Positions 53,215 to 64,000 of a stretch of 64,000 nucleotides of DNA are shown here, one piece after another. Below the pieces are notes generated by a model. The model was not told the DNA's origin. It made no database searches and saw only the letters and a list, made by a program, of their open reading frames with translations. The stretch spans positions 16,407-80,406 of the forward strand of contig NW_021833231.1 of assembly GCF_006345805.1 (NCBI RefSeq), read 5' to 3'. Made by a program: the position numbers and the translations under genes. How positions within the stretch are numbered: the stretch's first letter is position 1; every line of letters begins with the position of its first letter. Origin of the DNA: Octopus sinensis (lineage: Eukaryota).

Positions 53215-53244
53215 TGACTATCAAAATTTTGTTACATATCGCTG

Positions 53245-53442
53245 GTCACAATGCGCTTTTGTATCGTTTTAGCCATCCCACTAGTGACAAGACCAACACT
53301 TCCTCTTGATCAAAAGAGGACTGGAGCAATGCGAAATAAAGTGTTTTGCTCAAGAACACAACACGCCACCCAATCAGGGAATCGAACTCACATTCTCGTG
53401 ATCGTGAGTGTAACATTCCTACCACTAGGCCATACGCCTTCA
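53245..53442 (-). mobile_element. Diverged tRNA-headed SINE (family C-like)
   Basis: Minus strand GAAGGCGTATGGCCTAGTGGTAGG..GAGTTCGATTCCC..TTCTTGAGCAAAACACTTTATTTC. Confidence 0.75.
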
Positions 53443-53664
53443 CTGTATGTATATATATATATATATGTATATGTATATGCATATATATATCTACATGTAT
53501 ATGCATATGTATGTATATATATATATATATATAATATTCATATTTATATATATATTATATTCATATATATATATATAATATTCATATTTATATATATATT
53601 ATATTCATATATATATATATAATATTCACACATATATATATTGATATTCACATACACACACACA

Positions 53665-53695
<31 letters not shown>

Positions 53696-53819
53696 CATAT
53701 ATATGTATAATATACATATATATAATATATTCATATATATGTGTGTATATATGTATGTATATATTCTTATATATATATATATATAATATATATATATATA
53801 TAATATATATATTAGATAT

Positions 53820-53881
<62 letters not shown>

Positions 53882-54962
53882 ATATACTTATATATATATT
53901 CATGCGAACGACTACCCAACCCAATGACAGCAGTAGCAACAGAAGCAGCCCTGTTCAAGAATCCGCTCATGTGTAAGAAACGTTGTATGTAAAGAACAAA
54001 TGATTCCTGTAATAAGACAGCGAGGGAAATAATGAGTTTACTACTTCCACAACAATGTAATCATGCAAGCAACAATTCTGTCTTCCGCAGACAGTGCTCG
54101 ATTTATGGTAAATTCTTTAATATGTTCAGTTTTGCTGTTCGCTCAGAAAGACAATATTTACCTCATTTGTATATTTATGTCTGTCCGTCTGATGTGTGTA
54201 TGTGTGTGTTTATGCGTGTGCGTACGTGCGTGTGTGTGTGTATGACGTGTTTGTATACGCGTACGTTAACAAATATAAGAAAAGGACGGTTTTAATGGAA
54301 AACAGTTGATGAATTTCTTTCAAGTAGCGACTCATCGATGTTTTTCAAATATATATATATTATATAATATATATATATAATATATGTATAATTATAACAA
54401 TAAGGGTTTTGCAACAAGTTGCTTGACCACATACCGAAAATTTTAGAAATAGCAGCCAAAGAACTACTATTTCCTTTTTCTACAAAAATATGTCTCCACA
54501 GACAACAATATTTGTAATTCATATATGGCAAAAAAAAAAAAAGAAGAAAAATAATGAAATCAAACAATCTGCGATTAATTATGGACGTACGTTTCTGGAT
54601 TAGAATCATAAGATTCATTTCCTTCATCGACATAATATTCCGATAAATAAATCTAGAAATGCTAGGAAAACTTGACCCTTATATTTCCGACCAAGCGTCA
54701 TTGGAACATATAAAAGCTAATCAGCATATCCACATTAATATAGACAAGTGAATTTCCCTCCCAAATTTTTTCTACCATGTGAGTCACAAAATAGTACTGC
54801 CGAAAAAAGATTCGTAGTTTTGTCGTAGGGGTATATATATATATATATATATCTATATATATATATATATATATAACAAAGGAAAGTTGTAAGGTACCGC
54901 ACGAGTGGAAATACATATGAAAGAAGGTTTGAAAATGCAATTTTAATGATGTTTATTCACTT

Positions 54963-55069
54963 AAAATTATAGAACGGTTCACGAATTTGCGTGTCATCCT
55001 TGCACAGGGGCTATGCTAATTTTCTCTGTATCGTTCTAATTTTAGAATATGTACCGCCGTAACTACTAC
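54963..55069 (-). pseudogene. U6: Full-length U6 snRNA-derived copy (diverged; probably a retrocopy)
   Basis: Minus strand GTAGTAGTTACGGCGGTACATATTCTAAAATTAGAACGATACAGAGAAAATTAGCATAGCCCCTGTGCAAGGATGACACGCAAATTCGTGAACCGTTCTATAATTTT: 107 nt, colinear with metazoan U6 including the ACAGAGA box and AGC triad; upstream is (TA)n rather than a recognisable promoter. Confidence 0.92.
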
Positions 55070-55282
55070 AAGGATGACTCTTTCATATATATATATATAT
55101 AAATATATATATATATAAAATACCACCTTTTATCAATTCAATAAGGAAAATTTAAATTATACCATTTAGAAAAATTACATATTACAGAAAGATTAAATAT
55201 AGGATAAAACATATAACGGTGATTAAGTAATGTGCAAAATAATAAATAAAACGTATATATTTGGTAGAATACCAAATATATG

Positions 55283-55680
55283 CAGGCGTAGGAGTGGCTG
55301 TGTGGTAAGTAGCTTGCTTACGAACCACATGGTTCCGGGTTCAGTCCCACTGCGTGGCACCTTGGGCAAATCTCTTCTGCTATAGCCTCGGATCAAAGCC
55401 TTGTGAGTGAATTTGGTAGACGGAAACTGAAAGAAACCCGTCGTATATATGTATATATATGTATGTGTGTGTATATGTTTGTGTGTCTGTGTTTGTCCCC
55501 CCAACATCGCTTGACAGCTGGTGTGTTTACGTCCCCGTAACCTAGTGGTTCGGTAAAAGAGACCAATAGAATAAGTACTAGGCTTACAAAGAATAAGTCC
55601 TGGGGTCGATTTGCTCGACTAAAGGCGGTGCTCTAGCATGGCCGCAGTCAAATGACTGAAACAAGTAAAAGAGTAAAAAG
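55283..55680 (+). mobile_element. SINE family A, full length
   Basis: Head, core, internal microsatellite and tail all present. Confidence 0.92.
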
Positions 55681-56204
55681 AGAGAAAATAGTATATATAT
55701 ATGTATAATCAATAATATGTATAATCAATAATAATAAAGGGATTGTTTTTGAGTATATGTTATCTGGGGGATTCTCTTATGGTAGAGAAATAGATAGGTG
55801 TTTGGCAGCTATTTCTAAATTTTCGGTATGTTCTGAAGCAAATTTTTGCTGAACCCTAATTATAATTATACTCATAATTATAAAAAATTATTGTTTAAGT
55901 TTATCGATAATGCTTCTTTTAACATGCCGAAACTACTTGGTAAAATTATTAGCAATTCATAATTATTAATTAATTAATTAATTTTACCCTTTATTATTAT
56001 TGATTATATAATTCTCTCCCTGATAATAAACTTTTTCTCTAGAATCTTTTGCTCGATAACACACGTGGGTGAGTGAGGGGAAATGCGAGATCTCATTGGT
56101 ATATTTTGAATTCGTTGGTACTGGTCATTGGATATAGTTTTGTCTGATGCCGTTTGGATTCAGATAGATATGTTCAATTTTTTCAGTGCTCTCAAATTTA
56201 AAAT

Positions 56205-56270
56205 CCAAAGCCTTGTGAGTGGATTTGGTAGACGGAAACTGAAAGAAGCCCATCTTATATATGTATGTAT

Positions 56271-56329
<59 letters not shown>

Positions 56330-56545
56330 TAAATATGTATGTGTGTGTGAGTGTGTTTGTGTGTTTGTGTTTGTCCCTCGAACATCGCTTGACAAGCGAT
56401 GGTGGTGTGTTTACACGCCCGTAACTTAGCGGTTCGGCAAAAAGAGACTTATAGAATAAGTCCTGGGGTTCGATTTGCTCGACTAAAGGCGGTGCTCCAG
56501 TATGGCCGCAGTCGAATGACTGAAACAAATAAAAGAATAAAATAA
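56205..56545 (+). mobile_element. SINE family A, 5'-truncated
   Basis: Family A body and tail. Confidence 0.85.
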
Positions 56546-56566
56546 TGAAAGAATATACATGAAGGG

Positions 56567-56775
56567 AGAGGGGGTGCTGAAAGTTTCTTTAAAGGTATCA
56601 CAACAGACCTGGCTGGAAACCTTAAACTTCAGAGTTCTTTTACAGGGCTTTGAAAAACTGAAGGACCGCTGCGATAAGTGTGTGAATCTGAGAGGGAAAT
56701 ACGTTGAATAAATTCATAACTAACTGATCCTTCTGTATTTTCATTTACCCAAAGCCAGAACCGGTTCTGCACGTA
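56567..56775. mobile_element. Mariner-derived MITE (family M2), diverged
   Basis: GAGGGGGTGCTGAAAGTT ... AAAGCCAGAA; homologous to 58198-59490; internal LEKLKDRCDKCVNLRGKYVE resembles a mariner C-terminus. Confidence 0.75.
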
Positions 56776-56895
56776 TGTATTAAATGTATATACATTTATT
56801 TACATGTATATACATCTCTACGAGAGATTTAGAAATTTAAAATTTCTTACATTTACTTAAGTAATTACACATACACACACACACGCACACACACA

Positions 56896-56938
<43 letters not shown>

Positions 56939-56994
56939 ATATATATATATATATTATATATATATATATATACATGTAACTTTTATCGTTATCT

Positions 56995-57439
56995 TATACT
57001 TGTTTCAGTCTTTAGACTGCGGCCATACTGGGGCACTGTCTTGAAGAATGAATCGATCCAAGTACTTCTTTTTCAGCCTGGTATTGACTTTATTTTAGCT
57101 ATTTGGTGAAACGCTAAGTTACGGGGACGTAAACACACAACACCAGTTGTCAAACGGTGGTGAGGGGGCTAACACAAACACACACACATACACACACACA
57201 TACATACATACATGCATGCATACATACATACAAACACACTCACACGCACACACACACACATATATATATATGTATACGATGGGCTTCTTTCAGTTTCCCG
57301 TCTGTTAAATCCACTTACAAGGCTTCGGTCGGCCCGAGGCTATAGTAGATGACACTTGCCCAAGGTACCATGCAGTAAGACTGAACCCGAACTATGTAGT
57401 TGGGAAGCAAGCTTCCTCTCACACGACCACGCCTGCGCC

Positions 57440-57440
<1 letters not shown>
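56995..57440 (-). mobile_element. SINE family A, diverged
   Basis: Reverse complement of family A from tail to head. Confidence 0.82.
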
Positions 57441-57481
<41 letters not shown>

Positions 57482-58439
57482 ATTTTGGAATGGTCATTTT
57501 AACCAGTTTAGCCAATATATATATATCAAATATATATACATTATTTAAATAAACACACATACACACATACATATATATATATATATATACATACATCTAT
57601 ATTAAATAAATGGCAAAGGGAAAGAAAATTATGCAATATACTAACAGCTCTTTCTGCTATATATATAGATATGCAAAAGAGATGTTTGTATGTGTAGAAA
57701 AATGCATAATTTCGTCGTTATTAGGAATCTTCAGCATTTAAATTTGTTAATTAGATCTATTATGGAGACATTGTGGCAAGATCAAAGACGAAATTAGTCA
57801 CAAACTGGAGGAATCTCATGGAATGTCTCTTCCTCCTCCTCCTCCCACCCCTTGCTCTTTCTTCACTCCTCGTACCATCACCACCATCACCACCACCACC
57901 ACCACCACCACTACCATCACCACCACCACCACCACCACCACCACCACCAATCACCACCACCACCACCAACAACAACAACCACACTATCACCCATCACCAC
58001 CACCACCACCACCACCACCACCACCACTTATTTTCTACCGGTTTTGTTGTCGCTTAATGGCCGGAAGTTGGTCTATGTTCGTGATTGTAGTCGCTAATCT
58101 TCCCTCTGTGTATCCTGGAATGTTTGGTTGGGCCAAGTATGGTCGTTAGGATTTTACCCAATGTTTTTCTTTAATGTTTCAGTTGAGGTTTCTTTTACGA
58201 GAGGGTGCTGAAAAGTTCCTGGCTTTAAGGTTAACGCGAAAGGCCAGTCTGGGAGCCCAACCGTCCGAGTTCTTTTACAGGGCTTAGAAAAACTGAAGGG
58301 CTGCTGCAATACGTGGGAGAATCCGATAGAGGAATATGAAATATATAAATATATATTTTTTCCTAGGGCTAAAAACAACAGTAATATCGTCCTCTATGGG
58401 ACCGCCACATTTAGCTGGCATATATATATAATATATATA

Positions 58440-58502
<63 letters not shown>

Positions 58503-58560
58503 ATTAGTGAATGGAAGAAATGGAGTTGAACGAAGATTCTACAGAATTCCTTTTATTACA

Positions 58561-58640
58561 TTCTACACATGTTTCAAAGGCCACAGATTTCCAAATTCTG
58601 ATTGAATAAGGATACCATATTGCAGCTTTCTCTTCAGGAA
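58561..58640 (-). ncRNA. Hammerhead ribozyme-like motif in a (TA)n-flanked element (~58500-59250)
   Basis: Minus strand ttc-CTGAAGA-gAAAG...CTTT-GAAA-CATGTG-TA-gaa. Confidence 0.55.
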
Positions 58641-59259
58641 AATCCAGGAATTACGATGTCCAAACAAAACAAAGGCGCAGCAAGCAACTCGAACAAGAAC
58701 GCTCCATAGGAGCCCATGTAGTGGGGTAAACTGTTTCTCAATGTACGTTGAAATCGGGGGGTTGGTGGAGGCCGACAAAAAAGTCCGTTGGAATAAATCA
58801 AGGTCAGGCCGCGGTCAAATCTGGTAGGTGAGGAAATAATGAAAACAAGGGGTGTGAAGATATTCTGTGTAACCAAAGCTAATGCTCTGAATATTTTAAG
58901 AATTCAGGGTGTCTTATTTAGGTGCGAGAAACTACCTACCTACATGCATGTGTGTGTATGCAAGCCTATGTATGCGGGCCGTATGGTGGCGAGGAGCGCG
59001 AGATAGTGAGCACTGCTGAAAGAAGCCGGTCAGGCGGCTGAAATAATTCTGTGTTCGTTGTCCGTCAGTGGCTTGCTTGTCTAAATTAACCTCGTCAAAA
59101 TCAGGGGCGTGTAATTCCTGCCCTTGCTTCTTAAAAAACCGACCAATCGCCCAAGGGGAGTAACTTCCCCTTGCAAAATTTATTCAGAGATTTTTTAAAA
59201 CCTTTGAATAATCCGTAACAAGATAATTCATCTTTCCATTTCAACAAATATATATATTA

Positions 59260-59299
<40 letters not shown>

Positions 59300-59305
<6 letters not shown>

Positions 59306-59392
59306 GTCCGGATCGAAATGCGTGGGATCGAAGCCCTCATCATGAAGGCCCAGCGCTCCGGTGGGTCGGACATGTAGTCCGAATGGACTACC
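59300..59392 (+). mobile_element. Small RTE-clade LINE fragment
   Basis: GIEALIMKAQ then, after a frameshift, LRWVGHVVRMD, typical of the RTE C-terminal region. Confidence 0.6.
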
Positions 59393-59516
59393 TGTATGAT
59401 AATCCGATAGAGTAATATGTAAAAACATAACTAACTGTTCCTCTTGTATTTTCTTTTACCCAAACCCAGAAACATTTCAGAACCTCCTCGTACACTTCTG
59501 ATTTGTTTAGGTAAAC

Positions 59517-59940
59517 GGATGTTTTCGGTTTGAACGGCAGTTTTTTCTAGCGGTGTCATATGAAATTGTCACCCATAATTATGACCCTAATATCGATCTA
59601 TTGCATTTCAATCTGTTTTAGGGTTAGGGTTAGGGTTAGGGGTGGGTGTAAGGGTATCTTTTTTCTTTACAAATGTAAATAAATCCAATCTGTTTCTTAA
59701 ATGAGGAACATATTCATACGGCACGGAATGATTTTTTAACTCAATGGACGTCATCGATTGGTTGAAATTGCAGAAATTGAAGAAAAAAAAACATCAAATA
59801 TCTTACAAACTATAGAATTTTCTCAATAAAGCCAAGAGAAAAAGATGTTTTATAAACACATTCTACCAGTATACGAAGTTTAAAAGTTTTTAGTTACCTA
59901 GAAATTATGTTAAAAACTGCCGTTCAAACCGTAAAGATCC
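59517..59940 (+). mobile_element. MITE family M1
   Basis: TIRs; 8-bp TSD AGGTAAAC/AGGTAAGC. Confidence 0.92.
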
Positions 59941-60519
59941 AGGTAAGCAGTTGTGTTGTTGGGGAACTCTAAATATCAAACTGATGCAAAAGAGTATTTT
60001 TTATTCGTGATTTCAAAACGTGGTATATTTGGAAGCTAACAGTATCTGCCGTTTGTGCATTAAAGATCACCCTTCTCTCTTCGTCCTCCACCAGTCAGGT
60101 AATGTGGTCGGTGGAAGTTCCACTTCAACAGTATATAGTGGATTAGCGTTGCGTAAGAGCAATGGCGGTTTCGATCTAACTCAATTACACAAGCAAGCAA
60201 TATCGAGATTAGCCTTGAATGTGTAAAACAGCCTTAAACTTGAGAAAACGGCGGCGACAACAACAGCAGTAACAATCACAAGCACTATAATAACAACAAG
60301 AACAACAACTGCAACAGTGATTTTATGTCTTTTGGAGCAGTTTCTAATTTCATTACTTACTTATTTATCTATATGTTTATTTAAAATATTCATTAATTGT
60401 TTTGGTTTTATTTTTGAATTTTGTATGACGTCAATGAGGGAGGAGAGGAGAGGAAGGAGGAAAGTTTAAATAAAGAGAAAGAGAGAGATGATAAGGCAGA
60501 GAGGGAGAGAGAGAATGAG

Positions 60520-60588
60520 ATAGAGTGAGTGAAGGAGTGAGGGAGAGCAATAAAGAAAGAGGTACAGTGATAGAGAGAGGGGAAGAGG

Positions 60589-60621
<33 letters not shown>

Positions 60622-60960
60622 TGAAGGAGTGAGGGAGAGCAGTAAAGAAAGAGGTACAGTGATAGAGAGAGGGGAAGAGAGAGAGAGAGAACGAGAGAAA
60701 GAGAGCGAAGTAGTGAGGGAGAGCAATAAAGAAAGAGGTACAGTGATAGAGAGAGAGGAAGACAGAGAGAGAGAGAGAGAGAGAACAAGAGAAAGAGAGC
60801 GAAGGAGTGAGGGAGAGCAATGAAGAAAGAGGTACAGTGATAGAGAGAGAGGAAGAGAGAGAGAACGAGAGAAAGAGAGCGAAGAAATGAGCGAGAGCAA
60901 TGAAGAAAGAGGTACAGTGATAGAGAAAGAGAGGAAGAGAGAGAGAGAGCGAGTGAGAGA
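60520..60960. repeat. Purine-rich ~80-95-bp minisatellite (5 units)
   Basis: GAGAGCA(A/G)T(A/G)AAGAAAGAGGTACAGTGATAGAGA repeated five times. Confidence 0.9.
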
Positions 60961-61588
60961 GAGAGCGAGAGAGAGGAAGAGAGCGAATGAGAGAGATAGA
61001 GAAAGAGTGACAGAGAGAAAGAGACAGAGAGGGAGGGAGTGGGAGAGAGCGTGAGAGAGTATAAGAATCAGACAGTGACAATATATACACACACATATAT
61101 CAATTTTTATAAATATATACATACATGCATAAATACACACACACACACACACACACTCACATATATATATATAAGAATAAGAGAAAGAGAGAGAGAGAGA
61201 GACTGTCAGAGTGACAGAGAGAGGAAAGAAAGTGCGTGAAAATGAAAAGTCGCACTTGTAAGGATTTCTTCTAAGCTAGCCTGGTTTTTCAATCTATTTA
61301 AACGAAAAGAATAACAAGCCAAAACATTACATAAACCACAGATAACCACCACCACCACCACCACCACCACCACCACCACAACAGTTACCACTCAAACCGT
61401 CATTACCACTAACACCACCACCGCCGCCATCGCCATCGCCGTCATGAACCAAAGACAAGAATGCAAGAATATACAGCAAAATGTGCGCTCCAAAGACATG
61501 CTTATCACAGTAACAGCACCACTGTTAGCCATGACAGTCACTAACACACACAGACACACACACACACATACGCACGTCCAAGCGCGCT

Positions 61589-61635
<47 letters not shown>

Positions 61636-61814
61636 TATTTATAGGTTTATGTTTAAATATACGGGTGTATACAAACTATTACATATATGCATAAAAATTA
61701 TATATTATATAATATATATATATATAAATTATATATATAATTTAAGATTAGGTAGGTATATACGTATAATACATACACACACATATGTATATATATATAT
61801 ATTTATATATATTA

Positions 61815-61845
<31 letters not shown>

Positions 61846-61949
61846 TATATACGGGGTGGAAGAAAGTGGAATGGAAAGAGCGAATTTATTTCTGTACATC
61901 TATATTTCTCTTAGAAAACCCTATTGACACATGAGACACAGAACACACA

Positions 61950-61992
<43 letters not shown>

Positions 61993-62150
61993 AAACATAC
62001 ACACTCACACACACATATACATGTATATATGTACATATATGCCTATATATATATATATGTATGCTTATATGTGCATATTTATATATTCATATATATGTGA
62101 TGTGTGCGAGTGTGTCTGTATATATATACATATATATACAGACACACACA

Positions 62151-62190
<40 letters not shown>

Positions 62191-62457
62191 TATGCACATA
62201 CACAGGTATACATATATCTATACGTGCATGAATGTATATATGTATGAATATGTATGAATATGTATAGATACACATATGAAGGATTACAACAGCTAGTGTA
62301 TAGAAAAGATGGCGAAGAGGAAAATCCATTCTGAAGATAACATTCAGTATTAAGATAACAAAAGAAAATCGTTTTTTCTTATCCATATCATGCATACACG
62401 TGTGTATATATATACACATACAACACACTCATATTATATATAATATATATATATATG

Positions 62458-62499
<42 letters not shown>

Positions 62500-62522
62500 T
62501 ATACATATATATACATACATAC

Positions 62523-62569
<47 letters not shown>

Positions 62570-62639
62570 ATATATATGTATATATAAAAATATATATATA
62601 TATTCATAACATATATATATATATATGTATATATACTAT

Positions 62640-62722
<83 letters not shown>

Positions 62723-64000
62723 GTTCCTTTGGTTTTTCTCAGAAAATGAAAAGAACATGTAAATGATGAATAAAGCTGAAGAAATATCAAGGAATGTGAA
62801 AAATAAGATACTTTTTCAAATGAGATTAAAGACTTATTGGTGATGCACCATCAATACTACGACATAGACAACAACATCGCAAATGTTATGTCATAAGTTG
62901 GAAGCTAGCGTTGAACAATCGCCATCACCTACTGTCGACAGACAGTCAGTATCACTAATTCCACAATTGGATGCTTGGTACGTTCGTATATTCTTTCCAT
63001 ATCCTTCAAATCCCCCCCCCGGTGTTCTTTTATATTTTGTTAATCCTTTATTCTGTTATATTACGTTGTGCTCTGTTCTGTATTCTCGTTTGCTATAATT
63101 CAATAATTCAATGTAGGTTACATGCATAGCATACATTTTTGTGTACCATAGCATTATTCAATATATGTTATATATACAATATGCCCTGGATACAGCTTGG
63201 CAAAGCTGTATCGGCGTTTGCCTTTCTCTTCGATAACATCAGTAATGTGGAGAGCAAAGGCAGCTAAGCATGGGCGACTGTTGGTCTTCCATAAACAACC
63301 TTGCTCGGACTTGTGCCTCGGAGGGGAACATTCTAGGTGCAATTTCATGGTCATTCATGACCGAAAGGGCTCTTTATGTCCTGGATATGACATCTAATGG
63401 AACCCTGGTTCGAAAGGTCCAGAGTGTGGAGGAATGTATAACCACTCCTTGACCACCATTGGTCCCAGGTCAACTCTGGCTCTCTCAGGGTCCCAGCTAT
63501 GAGTTAATATGTTATGGCAGATACTGTAAGTACAAATTCTCACTCTCTTATAAATGTCTTAAAGGAAAAGTTTAGGGGAGTCAACCTCCACAGAAAATCA
63601 AGGAGTGAACTCCCTTACACGCCCTGGCGTCCACTTTGACACCATTCTGATAACTCCAGGGTAGGTAAGGCACTCAAGCTCTGAAGGCAGTTCACCTTCT
63701 ACAGACATCACCCTCTCCATGCCCCACCTGACACAAAGATAAGCACAGGCACACAGGAGTCCCCAAATTCTCCATCCTTGTCCTGTGAGAAAAAATATGT
63801 TATACTGTACAAAGGACAAAATGAAAAACTTTATAATGCGATAAACTCGTGGGACAGAGCGATAAAAGCGAATGCAACAGAAATTGGGGGTGGGGATTGC
63901 CCGAGTACTTTCATTGTGTGGGACTGAGTGGTGGGTCAAGAAAATTAACACCAGCACAATGCCGGAATGGGCAAGCTATCTTGAACTTTTAAAGAAATTT

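Larger units (their letters stand above)
58198..59490. mobile_element. Mariner-derived MITE (M2) split by a ~1.06-kb composite insertion
   Basis: TA|CGAGAGGGTGCTGAAAAGTTCCTGG ... CCAGAAACATTTCAGAACCTCCTCG|TA; AATCCGATAGAG(G/T)AATATG duplicated at 58320-58338 and 59401-59419. Confidence 0.8.

Noticed and set aside
54963-55069. Functional U6 snRNA gene
   Set aside because: 5' stem-loop disrupted, several substitutions, no recognisable PSE upstream; treated as a derived copy
63190-64000. GC-richer segment with short ORFs and small hairpins
   Set aside because: No recognisable protein motif; probably repeat-derived but cannot be assigned from this window

Overview
Gene-free, AT-rich, repeat-saturated metazoan genomic window. 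The SINE families and the dense (TA)n/(CA)n/(TATC)n microsatellites suggest an octopus/cephalopod genome (inference). No host protein-coding exon can be supported; nearly all listed short ORFs are microsatellite or SINE artefacts. The window holds a decayed L1/Tx1-type LINE (0.4-4.1 kb), a near-full-length decayed CR1-group LINE with a CCCH-finger ORF1 (about 20.1-25.5 kb), a Tc1 transposon broken by five nested insertions (26.6-30.4 kb), and mariner and hAT remnants. It also has several MITE families with readable TIRs and TSDs, three tRNA-headed SINE families, CR1/RTE/RLE LINE fragments and many short (TA)n-flanked Penelope-like pieces carrying minimal hammerhead-ribozyme motifs. Most interesting: (1) a full-length U6 snRNA copy with a 5' fold-back extension and a foreign 3' tail sitting between (TA)n tracts, a candidate U6-derived mobile element; (2) a LINE and a SINE sharing a 3' tail with a compensatorily changed hairpin; (3) a diverse set of hammerhead-bearing (TA)n-flanked units; (4) an 8-bp-TSD, GG..CC-ended MITE carrying TTAGGG repeats; (5) about 450 bp of nearby DNA found duplicated inside a SINE insertion.
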